The notes: generated by a model from the sequence alone, not told the origin. DNA of 64,000 nucleotides from an uncultured Methanoregulaceae archaeon (GCA_963717525.1 OY970343.1:384001-448000), one strand, 5' to 3'. Positions 1 through 11,280 are shown, counted from the stretch's first letter. Numbers and translations are program-made.

Positions 1-1
1 C

Positions 2-304
2 AGAGATGTAATACATCTCCCTGAGTGTCGAGGAGCGGTTCTCGATGAGCTGCTGCTTGACAAAACCGATCACGTAGGCCATTTTGAGGAGATGCGTCGC
101 ACTCTTCGCGGTTGCCGCTGTCCGGAGGCTCTCCTTGTCCCCGTACTTCCAGACCTCGCTTGTATCATCGTACTCAATATTGTACTTCGTGCGGGTGGGA
201 AGTGAGATGGACGGAATTTCCCCTCCTTTCATCTGGTCGTACCAGGAAGACGCGATCGCCATGAGCGCCTTCATCGAGCGTGCGTCGAGTTCCTCTTTAG
301 ACAT
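2..304 (-). CDS. top6A: DNA topoisomerase VI subunit A, N-terminal part (runs off the window)
   Basis: Manual translation from ATG at 304: MSKEELDARSMKALMAIASSWYDQMKGGEIPSISLPTRTKYNIEY...STLREMYYIS, containing the Spo11/Top6A TLRE(L/M)YY motif. Overlaps the top6B stop codon. Confidence 0.9.
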   Translation of the reverse strand, partial: MSKEELDARSMKALMAIASSWYDQMKGGEIPSISLPTRTKYNIEYDDTSEVWKYGDKESLRTAATAKSATHLLKMAYVIGFVKQQLIENRSSTLREMYYIS

Positions 305-2100
305 CGAGATCCACCACCATCTTCTTGTTGTCCTCTATGCCCCGGATGTCGAGCATGCCGCCGCCTTTCCCGGCATACGTGACGCGCCACACGGTCTGCC
401 TGGGGACCGCCACCTTCCAGACTTTCGTAAACTGCCCGTCCATCTCGGTCGAGAATGCGGGTGGCATGTCAGCCCCGGCCGCGTTGTCCGCGGAGATATC
501 GTAGACCGAGAGCTCGGCATCGGTCCCGGTATAATTGTTCAATTCGATCGTGACCCTGCCGTCCCGTGTCCACTTCTTTGCGATCAGCTTGCGCATCAAT
601 CGGCCTTCTATTGGCGTGGTATCCACAACCGGCTTTTCCACGATCTCGCTCACCTTTGCCGCGATCTCTGGGATGACCGCACAGACCGCCCGGGCCCTGT
701 CCTCGGCGAGCTTGTTCCGGTCCCTCCGCGAGAGAAACGTCTTGAGCTCCCGGCCAAGGTCCTGTAACGCGAGCACGATCTCCTTTTCGATCTCCGGGAT
801 GCCTGCGATTGCATCCTTGCTCTCGCTCGTAAAGGGCACGTTGGTGGAGGCGACGTGGACAAGGATCAGGACCGGGCCCATGGGAAGGCCCTGCTGGGAG
901 ATGGTGTACGACTTCCAGTTAACGTTTGCGACGCATTCGGTGATCGCGCATGCGCCCTGCTGGTACATGAGAGGGACCCGGTTTGCAAACCTGAGGATCA
1001 TCGCGTTTCCCTCGGGCTGGAGCCTGCCGCCGTATCCTATCGCCGCCTCGACCACGAACGGATGGCCGGAGTAGACCGAGCTCGGGCGGGTACGGGCGGA
1101 AACAAAGTCCATCTGGAACTCCTTGTCAAGCCCGCGCCGGATCAGTTCCTCTCCAATAGGCGAGAGGCACTGGGTTGTCGGCGGGGCGGGCACGGCGACC
1201 ACCTGCATCGCCGCGAGCAGGTTTTTGAGTTCCTCTGCAGAGAGTCCCTGCACTTTTGCGGTTGGCTTAAGCCCGGCCCGGTTGCACATCTCCTGCGCGG
1301 TCTTTTTTCCCACCCGGGAGAATCCGTTCACGAGGAAATCGATCAGTTTCCCGTCGCTTGCTGCGGCCATCCTTTTCGAGCTGCCCGAACTCGATCCCGT
1401 GCGGGTGGGGCTGGATCGCCACCGGGCACGCGATCACCTCCTGGCTCACGCGCTCGAACGTGAACGACTCGTCTTCCAGCTCCACCCGGAACCGGGCGTG
1501 GGGGTTGACGACCGAGGTGTACTTGAGATATTCGAGCAGCTTCTTCTTGGCCGACATCGTGCTCTTGAACTCGATCTGGACCCGGGTCCCGTGGATCCGG
1601 TCCCACTCAAAGGGCTGCTGGGAGATGATGTCGGGCTCGTTTGTCTCGATTTTTATCTGGATCTCGAACCGGTGCGCCAGCTCTTTGGCTCCGGTGCGCG
1701 AGATGACAACCGTGGCAAGGCCGCTTGTCAGCTGCGCGTAGAGCACGGCAGCGGAGATCCCGATCCCCTGCTGGCCCCGGGTCTGCCGGATCTGGTGGAA
1801 CCGTGAGCCGTACAGGAGTTTCCCGAAGACGAAGGGGACCTGTGCGGGGACGATGCCGGGGCCGTTGTCCTCCACGATGATCCTGAAGATCTCAGGTCCC
1901 GTCTTTTTGATGCTGATGTAGATGTCGGGGAGCACCTGCGCTTCCTCACAGGCGTCAAGGGCGTTGTCCACCGCTTCCTTGATGGTGGTAATCACGCCCC
2001 TTGTAGGGGAGTCAAATCCCAACAGGTGCTTGTTCTTCTCGAAAAATTCCGCGACACTGATGCTGCGCTGCTGCTTTGCGAGTTCCTCAGCGAGCACCAT
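297..2100 (-). CDS. top6B: DNA topoisomerase VI subunit B, split by a single-base frameshift near 1376
   Basis: ORF 1267..2100 has the GHKL motifs (EAVDNALDA, EDNGPGI, RGQQGIG). ORF 297..1370 has the H2TH/transducer part (RFANRVPL, VPFTSESKDAI). One extra base joins them as ...GQLKRMAAAS... Confidence 0.93.
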
Positions 2101-3319
2101 GCGCCTTCACCTCGGCGATCGCCGCGGCCGGGTCAAGCGTTGTCTGCTCGCCCGAGTGGAGGTTTTTGAGGGTAACCTGGCCGGCTTCCGCTTCCCTCTT
2201 GCCTATAACTGCTGCAAAGTCCGCAGACCTGGACGCGTGGGCGAGCTGGGCCCCAAGGCTGCGGCCCATCAGGTCCATCTCCGCCCGGATCCCGGCGGCC
2301 CTGAACGCCCGGCCGACCGCGAGCGCAAAGCTGCGCCCCTCGTCCGTGCAGACAATACCGACCACGGTATCTTTTGCAGGCGCAACCTCACCCAGCGATA
2401 CCATCACCCGGTCAAAGCCGATTGCAAAACCGGCGGATGCGACATCGTCGCCGCCAAAAAGGTGCGCGAGCCGGTACGCCCCGCCGCCCACGATCTGGTT
2501 CTCCGCGCCGAGGTTGTGGGCAAAGCCCTCGAAGACCATGCCGGTGTAGTAATCCAATCCCCGGACGATCCCGAAGTTGAGCGAGTACACAATCCCGGCG
2601 TCGTCGAGGATCCCGGTCATCTGCTCCACTCGCTCTTTTTCGAGAATCGTCCCGGCGATCTCGAAGGCCTCCGGGAGCGTGCGGCAGGCCACGAGCGCGG
2701 TTAAGGATTCACCGAGATCGGCTTTACCCATGTCTGCGAGCGTGACCGTCAAACCCTCGAAATCCTTCTTATCGAGATGCGCCATCACCCGTCGCTGGCC
2801 TGTGGGTTCGAGATCTTTGAGGAGATTTTTCATGAACGCGAGATGGCCCACCTTGAGGTCCCATGTAATCCCGGTTGCGTTAAGCGCCTCAGCGGCAAGC
2901 ATGATCACTTCAGCATCTGCCATCGCGGTGTCGGCCCCGATCAGCTCCGCGCCGAACTGCCAGAACTGGCGGTACCGCCCCTTCTGCGGACGCTCGTACC
3001 GGAAGCAGTCGGCAAAGTAGCACCAGCGCAGTGGTTTCGGCGCGACCCTGGCCTCGTTGATGTACATCCGGATAACCGCAGCCGTGATCTCGGGGCGCAG
3101 GGCAAGACTCCTTCCACCCTTGTCCTCGAAGACATACATCTCCTGTATGATCCCCTCGCCCGACCGGAGCGTGAAGAGATCGAGATCCTCGAACTCGGGA
3201 GTGCAGACTTCCCGGTATCCGAAGCGGCGCACCGCCTCGCGCATCTTTGATTCGATATTGCGTCGCGCTTCCATCTCTTCGGGAAGGAAATCCCGTGTGC
3301 CTCGTGGTTTCTGGATCAT
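2087..3319 (-). CDS. hisS: Histidine--tRNA ligase
   Basis: KPRGTRDF, LRPEITA, FRYERPQKGRYRQFWQ, RGLDYYTG and GGGAY motifs. Confidence 0.97.
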   Translation of the reverse strand: MIQKPRGTRDFLPEEMEARRNIESKMREAVRRFGYREVCTPEFEDLDLFTLRSGEGIIQEMYVFEDKGGRSLALRPEITAAVIRMYINEARVAPKPLRWCYFADCFRYERPQKGRYRQFWQFGAELIGADTAMADAEVIMLAAEALNATGITWDLKVGHLAFMKNLLKDLEPTGQRRVMAHLDKKDFEGLTVTLADMGKADLGESLTALVACRTLPEAFEIAGTILEKERVEQMTGILDDAGIVYSLNFGIVRGLDYYTGMVFEGFAHNLGAENQIVGGGAYRLAHLFGGDDVASAGFAIGFDRVMVSLGEVAPAKDTVVGIVCTDEGRSFALAVGRAFRAAGIRAEMDLMGRSLGAQLAHASRSADFAAVIGKREAEAGQVTLKNLHSGEQTTLDPAAAIAEVKAHGAR

Positions 3320-3360
3320 GCCTGGTAAAATCCCTTATCTGTGTATTTCTCGCCGCACCA

Positions 3361-3684
3361 TTATTTTTTGTCCGGCACGCGCCGTTCTGCGCTGCCCAGC
3401 AGGCGCACAAGCGTACTTTCCATACCTGTCCATATTTTTTCCCGCGCTATCCTGCCCTGCAGGTACAGGGCAGCGAGAATGAGGCCGAGGCCCAGCAGTT
3501 CGAAGGTATCCCCGGCGATGGCGCACAGGACGCCAAATGTGCCCAGTGCCCCGTACAATACACCGTGGTATGCCGCCTTCCGGTACCCGGGGAGGCCGGT
3601 CCGGAAGAAGATCCGCGCGTCGCGCAGCCAGAGCAGGATTACGACCGCGCCGCCAAAATATGCGACATAGAGCAGGTACGACAT
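3361..3684 (-). CDS. Small hypothetical membrane protein
   Basis: 107 aa with about 3 hydrophobic segments, directly upstream of hisS. Confidence 0.7.
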   Translation of the reverse strand: MSYLLYVAYFGGAVVILLWLRDARIFFRTGLPGYRKAAYHGVLYGALGTFGVLCAIAGDTFELLGLGLILAALYLQGRIAREKIWTGMESTLVRLLGSAERRVPDKK

Positions 3685-3734
3685 GGCAATGAACTAACTT
3701 ATAATACGCCTCTCCATATCTGTATTATCACATC

Positions 3735-4511
3735 ATGCGTGCAAACCCGGTGCTCTCGGCCGTTCTGGAACGGTACAAAAAAGGCGAGATCCCGCTCGAT
3801 CTGGCAGCGCAGGAGATCGAAGGGCTCCGTATGGAGCGGGTCGGGGATTTCGCCTGCCTCGATCTCGGACGTGCAGTCCGGTGCGGGATGCCGGAGGTTG
3901 TGCTCGCCGAAGGCAAGGAACCGGCACACCTTGCGGAGATCGCCATCCGGCATGCAGAGGCTGCCGGCCGCTGCGTTGTCACGCGCGTGACCCCGGCGCA
4001 GGCCTCTGCCGTTCAGGACCGGTGTGTGGGTAAAGGGATCACCGCCGAATACCGGGACATGGCCCGGGTGCTCGTGCTTTCGACCGGGGCCGCGCCGGAA
4101 CCGACCGGCGGGATTGTTGCCATAATAACAGCCGGGACCTCTGACATCGGGGTTGCGGAGGAGGCGAAGATCATCGCTGAGGAGATGGGCTGCGTGGTCC
4201 GGACCGCGTACGATGTCGGGGCAGCCGGTATCCACCGGTTGTTCCCGGCGCTCAAACCACTGCTCGAAGCCGACGTCTTTGTTGTCTGCGCAGGCCGGGA
4301 AGGCACGCTCCCGGCGGTAGTCGCCGGCCTCGTGGACAAGCCGGTGCTTGGCGTCCCGGTCAGCACCGGCTACGGGTACATGGGCAAGGGGCGGGCGGCA
4401 CTCGCGAGCATGCTCCAGTCCTGCTCGGTCATCGCGGTCGTCAACATCGATGCGGGATTTACGGCCGGGGCTTTTGCAGCACGGATCGCAAACGGGGGAA
4501 GAAAAGAATGA
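3735..4511 (+). CDS. larB: Nickel-pincer cofactor biosynthesis protein LarB (PurE-like)
   Basis: [48 protein letters not shown]. Confidence 0.9.
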   Translation: MRANPVLSAVLERYKKGEIPLDLAAQEIEGLRMERVGDFACLDLGRAVRCGMPEVVLAEGKEPAHLAEIAIRHAEAAGRCVVTRVTPAQASAVQDRCVGKGITAEYRDMARVLVLSTGAAPEPTGGIVAIITAGTSDIGVAEEAKIIAEEMGCVVRTAYDVGAAGIHRLFPALKPLLEADVFVVCAGREGTLPAVVAGLVDKPVLGVPVSTGYGYMGKGRAALASMLQSCSVIAVVNIDAGFTAGAFAARIANGGRKE

Positions 4512-5017
4512 AGCGGGGATTTTATGTGGGCAGGTTCCAGCCCTACCACAACGGTCACCAGGCGGTACTGACCGAGCTTGCGCGGACGTGCGATGAGATC
4601 ATTATCGGCGTCGGGAGCGCGCAGCTCTCCCACACGACGGAAAACCCGTATACGGCTGGCGAACGCGTGCTGATGATTACCCGTGCACTCACCGGCCTCG
4701 GGTGTCCCTACTATGTCATCCCGATCGAGGATGTACAGAGGAACGCGCTCTGGGCTGCGCATGTAATGTCGATGACGCCGCCATTCGATACCTGCTATTC
4801 CTCAAACCCGCTCGTCGTCAGGCTCTTCTGTGAGGCCGGCGTGGATGTGCAGTCCCCGGCGATGTACGAACGTGATCGCCACAGCGGCACCGAGATCCGG
4901 CGCCGGATGCTTGGTGGCGAAGAGTGGGAGTACCTCGTGCCCCCGGCGGTTGTGACCGTGATCCGCGAAATCGACGGCGTGGAACGGCTGCGCCAGATCG
5001 CACGTGACGACCAGTGA
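4508..5017 (+). CDS. nadM: Nicotinamide-nucleotide adenylyltransferase (archaeal NadM type)
   Basis: [33 protein letters not shown] overlap with larB. Confidence 0.93.
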   Translation: MKRGFYVGRFQPYHNGHQAVLTELARTCDEIIIGVGSAQLSHTTENPYTAGERVLMITRALTGLGCPYYVIPIEDVQRNALWAAHVMSMTPPFDTCYSSNPLVVRLFCEAGVDVQSPAMYERDRHSGTEIRRRMLGGEEWEYLVPPAVVTVIREIDGVERLRQIARDDQ

Positions 5018-5097
5018 CCACGAACCATTTCTTTGTGTACGAGCTAACCTATTCCGAAATACCACGCGTCCCGTAGGGACCGTCTCTGAGGATCGCT

Positions 5098-6387
5098 ATG
5101 CTGAAATTTCTCAAATCCCTCATGAGCCCGGGGGCCGGCACCCACGTGACCCTGGCGGAAAGTGAGGTCATATCATGGCTGGCCGAACGGGAGAAGAGTG
5201 CGCGTGCCACCTTGCACGTCAAGGTAGAGGAACCGATGCGCACGATAAGGAATGCCGCAGCCAGCCTCCAGCTGACGGTCAACACCCTTCAGGGTGCCGA
5301 CCAGGACCCCGCGACGCACCCGAGGATCAAGAGCATCGCAAAAAACTCGCTGCCCCTCTTTCTCCGGTCTATGAACTATTCGCTTGCAAAAGAGTTGCCG
5401 GATGACCCTGAGGAGTTTTATGAGGCGGCAGTCGAATGCGTCAAGGGCTGCCTGAATGCCGTCCGCGGCCAGGGCCGCTACCTGATGGTCGCTTTCCCGG
5501 AAGAGATGAAGGATATCAAGGCAGGTATTGATGCAATCGGCCGGGAGATCAACGTGATGACAAAAGCCATCGGCCGGTTCAAGGAAGAGTCCTCCCGGAT
5601 TGCGGCGGCACGCAGCGCATCCGGGGCGCTCTCCGATGCGAGGCAGGACCGGGAGCGCTCGTTTGCAAAGGAGGAGCGGATCAAAGAACGCATCGCCGGG
5701 AACACCGGGCGCCTTGATGCCATTGCCGCCGATATCGCCCGGCTCTCAGCCGATGAATCACTCCTCGCGCTCGATGCCGGGCGTGCCCGGTGCGCCGGGC
5801 TCGTAAAAGAGCGCGACGATCTCCTGCGGCACTATGCATCGCTGACCATGACCGCATCGCATGTCTTCCGGAAAGCCGAGAAGATCGCCATCCGCAGGCA
5901 GCTTGCAAAGGAAGTCCGCATCCTTAAAGCGGCCATGGATCTTCTTTCCCACCACGAGGTCGCTACCGCGGAGTCGATTGCGAAAGCCCTTGATGCTGCG
6001 TGCCCCGCAGTGCAGAAGATGATCGGTAATGGCGATATTATCCTCAAAAACAAAGACGAGCGTGCGGTCTTTTCTGATACGGCAGCATTTTCCGGGGAGG
6101 TGAGCGGACTGTGCACGCAGTACTCCGGGGTTGCCAACCGCTGCCGCGAAGAAGAGGAGAGCCTTCAATCCCACCCGGTGCAGTTGCAGTTACGATCTCT
6201 TGAACGCGAGAAAGAGCAGCTCGAAACCATGCATGCCCGTGAAGAGCAGGAGCACCGCGACCTGCTCGTCGCACGAAAAGAACTTGAAGATGCCATCCCC
6301 CTCCTCCAGGAGGAACTCGCAAAAAAATTGGGAGAGATGAGGGGGGAGACGGTGCAACTTCAGGCGAACGAACCGGTGCGAGGGTAA
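5098..6387 (+). CDS. Hypothetical coiled-coil protein
   Basis: 429-aa ORF, helical and E/K/R/A-rich, with host-like codon usage. Confidence 0.8.
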   Translation: MLKFLKSLMSPGAGTHVTLAESEVISWLAEREKSARATLHVKVEEPMRTIRNAAASLQLTVNTLQGADQDPATHPRIKSIAKNSLPLFLRSMNYSLAKELPDDPEEFYEAAVECVKGCLNAVRGQGRYLMVAFPEEMKDIKAGIDAIGREINVMTKAIGRFKEESSRIAAARSASGALSDARQDRERSFAKEERIKERIAGNTGRLDAIAADIARLSADESLLALDAGRARCAGLVKERDDLLRHYASLTMTASHVFRKAEKIAIRRQLAKEVRILKAAMDLLSHHEVATAESIAKALDAACPAVQKMIGNGDIILKNKDERAVFSDTAAFSGEVSGLCTQYSGVANRCREEEESLQSHPVQLQLRSLEREKEQLETMHAREEQEHRDLLVARKELEDAIPLLQEELAKKLGEMRGETVQLQANEPVRG

Positions 6388-6576
6388 GGCACCGGCACGA
6401 TCCTGTCGATGATGAGATTTTTCCTTTTTATGTGAACAAGTCTTCTGTATCTTCAATGATCAATTCAAGGCTGTCCTGGGTAATGTCGTTTGTAACACTC
6501 CAGCCTGGTGTGCCTGCGCCCGGAACGTGCCGGGCCGGATCTGCCCGTTCGTTTTGGGATATCCCGCCTGCTTCCC

Positions 6577-6774
6577 TCACTTACGGGCCTCCGTTCCGGC
6601 AAAATCCCCCAGTTCGCTCTGGCCACCCGGGAAGGCATCCGACCAGCCATAGCATTCTCGGAGCATCTGCGCAATCACATCGCTGAAGGTCATGTTGCCA
6701 CGCTTGAGCGTCAGCAAAGCCTCATACACCTCGGGATCAATCCGGATCGATCGTCCCTCGCCTGCACGAGGCAT
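6577..6774 (-). CDS. Small archaeal VapB-like antitoxin / RHH-type DNA-binding protein
   Basis: SIRIDPEVYEALLTLKRGNMTFSDVIAQML resembles the archaeal VapB-family pattern; TATA-like TTTATATA upstream on the minus strand. Confidence 0.65.
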   Translation of the reverse strand: MPRAGEGRSIRIDPEVYEALLTLKRGNMTFSDVIAQMLRECYGWSDAFPGGQSELGDFAGTEARK

Positions 6775-6922
6775 AATTACCACTCTGTGGTAACTATATA
6801 TAAAACTATCTTAGAAATCGCGACCGGGTTTTTAAACAATCACCAAAATCTCGGGAAATTAGGGATTTCTGGTACCTGCGTGTGTCCACCCGGCACGATC
6901 CCGAATGGTGCTTTTTGCCGGA

Positions 6923-7702
6923 CTATGCAAACGGGGCGCCGCACCGGCTCGTGCAGGTAAGCCTGATGTAGGAAAAGGCGGTGTCGTCTACGTAGGCAAA
7001 TTCCGGGCGGTCACCGTGGCAGCCCCCTACCCGGAAGAGTGTCGGCATGTCCAAAGGGATGCGTGCTACTTCAATTTTGCTGCCGGGAACCGCGGGCTCT
7101 TCTTCCAGGACGTACCGGATCAGGTGCTCGTTGATCCCGCTCAAGGTTTTACGGCAGCAGACATGTGTGTGCTGGTGGCCGCAGACCAGAAACGAGAGGC
7201 CGCGCTTTTCAAGAGCGTCAAAGGCCATCGATGCCGTGTAATGGTAGCCGGTGAAGGAGTCTCCCGCTGTATGGGAGAGCCGCTGCCAGCATTTGAGCCG
7301 GAGCGTCTGGGTGCCGAGATCGAGTGGCCCGCCGTGGACAAAGAGTATGCTGCGGTCCACCCATTCCATAGGCATGTCAGTAAACATCCCGAGGAGCGGC
7401 GAACCGCGCAGTTGCTCGTGCCGGAAGGTGCTGATCTCGTCGCTTCCCGAAACCGGCACGCCATTGAGGAACGCATGGTCGTGGTTACCGATCACGGATA
7501 CGAGCCGGTATTTTTTGGCGAGATCGTAGATGAGTTCGAGCGCAGACTGCGGGCAGTTGCCCCGGTGCAGGAGGTCCCCGAGGTTAACCAGGGTATCGAC
7601 CGGGCCAAAGCGCTGGGAAAATGACGGGTCCCGGATATACGCTGCCATGATGCCGAGAGCATCTGCATCGGCATGCACATCGGAAAAGACAACCGTGCCC
7701 AT
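6923..7702 (-). CDS. Metallophosphoesterase (calcineurin-like)
   Basis: SDVHA, LGDL, GNHD, VHG and GHQH metal-binding motifs. Confidence 0.88.
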   Translation of the reverse strand: MGTVVFSDVHADADALGIMAAYIRDPSFSQRFGPVDTLVNLGDLLHRGNCPQSALELIYDLAKKYRLVSVIGNHDHAFLNGVPVSGSDEISTFRHEQLRGSPLLGMFTDMPMEWVDRSILFVHGGPLDLGTQTLRLKCWQRLSHTAGDSFTGYHYTASMAFDALEKRGLSFLVCGHQHTHVCCRKTLSGINEHLIRYVLEEEPAVPGSKIEVARIPLDMPTLFRVGGCHGDRPEFAYVDDTAFSYIRLTCTSRCGAPFA

Positions 7703-7882
7703 AGATCAGTGGAACCATATAGATCGTTTATCCTCTTATAAACCCGTGATGCTCCGGGTTCGATCAATAAAGTTCACGATCAGAAAGTAACGGTTATGTC
7801 TGGTTTACGCACATGTACTATGCAGCAGCCAGAAAAGCGCATTATACGCTCTCGCAGCATACCAGATACCAAGGAGTTACCC

Positions 7883-8356
7883 ATGGAGAAATTCCTCAAG
7901 GATTATATTGAACATGTGAGGCCCGTCTTTGGCCGGATACCGGAACAGACCGCACACGTTATCGCGTCAGCGTTCTTCTCGTTCAAGTTTGAACTGTACC
8001 CAAAGACCCTCCGGGAATGCACGACTGCCCTCTCGCAGGTCCCCGAAGGCGACGGTAGCGCAACGCTGGAGAAAGCGCTCTCGATCGTAAACGCGTATGC
8101 AGTCGCGTACGGGAATGCGCAGGTCCGGCCTGAGACCGTTCCCGCATTTGACGATTCCGATCGGGCGTACCTTGCCGTCAACCTTCCCCCTGAGGTAAAC
8201 GAGGACCCGCTGACGCTCGCTCTTGACAACGCCCTCCTCCTCCTCTACGCGGTGGCGGTGATTTCCTCCCCCGACGATGAACAGGCGCTCGAGGAGCACC
8301 GGAAGTACCTGGTAACGATGCTCGAAACGTACAAACGGGCGCTGGGCCTGGTATAA
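7883..8356 (+). CDS. Hypothetical protein
   Basis: ATG at 7883 preceded by AAGGAG; 157-aa helical protein. Confidence 0.7.
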   Translation: MEKFLKDYIEHVRPVFGRIPEQTAHVIASAFFSFKFELYPKTLRECTTALSQVPEGDGSATLEKALSIVNAYAVAYGNAQVRPETVPAFDDSDRAYLAVNLPPEVNEDPLTLALDNALLLLYAVAVISSPDDEQALEEHRKYLVTMLETYKRALGLV

Positions 8357-8541
8357 GGGGGGATGCTCCCGGCCCGGAAATCCGGTCTCATTCCATCTCC
8401 GGAATTACTCTTTTTTACGTGGTGGTCCCTTTCGGGATAACGTGCGCTGCTGGACCGGCTTTCAGATCTCCTCGGCGATTATACCAAAAAAGTACGTAAA
8501 CGGCCCTTTTTTTAAAATGAAAACCCGGAGTAAAAAATATG

Positions 8542-9387
8542 TTAGTACTTGTACCATCGTCCCTTGCTGTCGAACTCACCGGTCACCTGCTGGAGGGGTA
8601 CGGCCGGGCTTCCGATGAGGGCCCGGTAGAAGCAGGCCTTGTAGGCCAGAAGGAGCGGCACAATGAAGAGGACGGCAAGGAAGATGACCGCTGCAGTGAC
8701 CCATATCCCATCCGGGCCGATCATGCCGATCAGCTGTTGCGGGGTTATGGCGGCAAACTGGGTCTCATTGTACTGCGCGAGGGGTGCAAGATTCTCGAAG
8801 AGCAGCCCTTCCCATATAATGGCGAATACGAAAAAGTCTGCAAACGCCAGCACGCAGCAGGCAATAAGAAAGCCCAGTACCGCGCCCACATGGCCGGCGA
8901 CCACGCCGATACTGCGGCGCAGTGAGTCAAAGACCTTAAGGTCCTCAAACACCGCGGCCGTGTCGCAGAAGAAGGTTAAAAAGAGCGTCGGGATCATGAC
9001 AAGTACCGCGAGTGTACCCATAACCCCGTAATCCGCAGATCCTCCCTCGGTAAAGATGGTCACGATAGTGATCACGACAAAGACGAGCAGGAGCACACAG
9101 GAGATCACGATCCACGGGAGCAGCACCCGGAAATAGTAGTGCACTCCTTCCCGCACCATCGCGCCGGCCCCGGTCCCGTTCTTTTTTATCTGGCCAAACG
9201 TGCCGGCCACAAAGAGGACCATCACGAGGCAGGCAATGATAACAAGCCGGCTGGTAAAGAACGTTCCTGAGATGTTGTACAGGATCCAGAGGATCGCGCC
9301 AAGCAGCCCCGCGACGAGACCGGGTATCCACAGGGCCGGTGTCCGCCCAATTGCACGGATCGCTTCCTGCAACTCCTTAAGGACCAT
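8542..9387 (-). CDS. Multi-pass membrane protein of unknown function
   Basis: 281 aa with about 6 hydrophobic segments; 3 bp from the upstream gene. Confidence 0.8.
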   Translation of the reverse strand: MVLKELQEAIRAIGRTPALWIPGLVAGLLGAILWILYNISGTFFTSRLVIIACLVMVLFVAGTFGQIKKNGTGAGAMVREGVHYYFRVLLPWIVISCVLLLVFVVITIVTIFTEGGSADYGVMGTLAVLVMIPTLFLTFFCDTAAVFEDLKVFDSLRRSIGVVAGHVGAVLGFLIACCVLAFADFFVFAIIWEGLLFENLAPLAQYNETQFAAITPQQLIGMIGPDGIWVTAAVIFLAVLFIVPLLLAYKACFYRALIGSPAVPLQQVTGEFDSKGRWYKY

Positions 9388-9390
9388 GGG

Positions 9391-9981
9391 TCACCGGACC
9401 CGGGGCATGGCCACGATTTCCCGTACCTGGAGATCGAAGAAGCTTGCCGTGTAGGCCGGGCGGATCACGCAGACGGTATCCGCACCGCTTGCGGTCCCGC
9501 CGACTGCCACGACTTCATTGTCGATCCCGACTGCACCCTGGTCAGCGGCGATCAGCACGCACTCGACCGCAACCTTGAGGCCGACCGCGACAATACGGCG
9601 CAGAGCCTCGGCGATCGCCTCTGTCCGGGATGCGCCGCCGACCTTGGGGGACCGGGACAGTGCCCGTTCGAGGCCGGAGAGGGCGTGGGTACCGGTCACG
9701 ATCTTCACACCCTGCATCCGGAGCTCCTGAGCGGTCGTTTCGGAGAACTCCCATTCGCCGGGCTTTACAAACCCCATCACGTGGGTAACAACCACAAGGG
9801 AGAGGCCGGTACCCTTCATCGCGTCAAAGAAGACCTGCGCGGTCTTCCCGGAGCTGCTCGCGACAACGATAGTTCCAAGGCCGAGTTCCTGTGCCCGTTC
9901 AATGGCAAAGCGGGCTGCATCAGCGGTGTTTGCCGGGCCCGGTTTTTCAAAATAATAGCAGGTTTTTGCGGTAAATGCCAT
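9391..9981 (-). CDS. Pyruvate kinase alpha/beta (C-terminal-like) domain protein
   Basis: YFEKPGPANT, VVASSSGKTA, GLKVAVEC, GGTASGADT. Confidence 0.8.
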   Translation of the reverse strand: MAFTAKTCYYFEKPGPANTADAARFAIERAQELGLGTIVVASSSGKTAQVFFDAMKGTGLSLVVVTHVMGFVKPGEWEFSETTAQELRMQGVKIVTGTHALSGLERALSRSPKVGGASRTEAIAEALRRIVAVGLKVAVECVLIAADQGAVGIDNEVVAVGGTASGADTVCVIRPAYTASFFDLQVREIVAMPRVR

Positions 9982-10110
9982 AAGTACCTTTTAATAAGCA
10001 GCCATGAAAAACTTTGTCAGATTCTAATAAGGACATTACCAGAGTGTTCCCGCGGAGCCGGCACAGCCGTTCTGCCGGAGCCCAGATATCCTGACCTTTG
10101 AGGAGATACG

Positions 10111-11280
10111 ATGATCACCCTCGCGCTTGCAGGTAAACCAAACTGCGGAAAGTCGACCTTTTTCAAGGCGGCCACCATGGCGAATGCAGAGATCGCCAAC
10201 TACCCATTTACGACCATCAACCCCAACTTCGGCGTTGCGTGCGTGCGCACCACCTGTCCCTGTCGGGGCCTTGACCTCACCTGCAACCACTGCGTGGATG
10301 GTGTCCGGTTTGTCGCCATCAACCTCATCGACGTCGCCGGGCTGGTACCTGATGCACACAAGGGCAAGGGTCTCGGGAACCAGTTCCTCGATCACCTCCG
10401 GCAGGCCGATGCTATCCTCCATGTCATCGACGCAAGCGGCGGGACCGACAGCGAAGGAAACCCGGTGGGTGCGGGAAACCACGACCCGGCAGAGGACGTG
10501 AAGTTCCTCGAGTACGAGATGACGATGTGGGTGTACGGGATCCTCGAGAAGCACTGGTCCCGGCTCTCGCGCCAGGCCTCGGTCAAGACATTTTCCATCC
10601 ACCAGGGCATCGCTGAGGTCTTCACGGGCCTTGGGATCACTCCCGAGGATGTTCATGAAGCAGAACTCCTCCTCAAAATCGATCTCGTCCACGCACAGAT
10701 GGAGAGCCTGGTGCCGTTCTGCGCTCAGATGGTCAGGATCTCAAAGCCGATGCTTGTGGTCGGGAACAAGATTGACGAGACGCCCGAGGCCCTGCGGGAG
10801 AAACTCGCCGCACAGAAAGTCTCGTTTGTGAGTGCCGCATCTGAACTTGCCCTGCGCAATGCCGCAACGGCAAAAGTGATCAAATACCTGCCGGGCGACA
10901 AGGAATTTCGGGTTACCGAAGGTGTCACCCTCTCTGCGCCGCAGAAGGCGGGCCTGGCAAAGATCGCCGAAGTCATGAAGAAGAACAACGGGACTGGCGT
11001 GCAGGATACGATCAACCGGGCAGTTTTTGAACTCCTCGATCGGATTGTCATCTACCCGGTGGAGGACGAGCACAAGTTCTGCAACAAGCAGGGCGATGTA
11101 TTGCCGGATGCGTTCCTGATGAAGAAAGGTTCGACACCGCACGACCTCGCGTTCCAGGTCCACACCGATATCGGGAAAGGATTCCTGTACGCGATCGATG
11201 CCCGCACCAAGATGCGGATCAAGGAGAACCATCTCCTTAAGGACGGGGACATCATCAAGATCGTGAGTGCCGCGAAGTGA
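10111..11280 (+). CDS. ychF: YchF/Ola1-family ATPase (Obg family, TGS domain)
   Basis: GKPNCGKST, YPFTT, DVAGLV, GLGNQFL, NKID and a C-terminal TGS domain. Confidence 0.92.
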   Translation: MITLALAGKPNCGKSTFFKAATMANAEIANYPFTTINPNFGVACVRTTCPCRGLDLTCNHCVDGVRFVAINLIDVAGLVPDAHKGKGLGNQFLDHLRQADAILHVIDASGGTDSEGNPVGAGNHDPAEDVKFLEYEMTMWVYGILEKHWSRLSRQASVKTFSIHQGIAEVFTGLGITPEDVHEAELLLKIDLVHAQMESLVPFCAQMVRISKPMLVVGNKIDETPEALREKLAAQKVSFVSAASELALRNAATAKVIKYLPGDKEFRVTEGVTLSAPQKAGLAKIAEVMKKNNGTGVQDTINRAVFELLDRIVIYPVEDEHKFCNKQGDVLPDAFLMKKGSTPHDLAFQVHTDIGKGFLYAIDARTKMRIKENHLLKDGDIIKIVSAAK

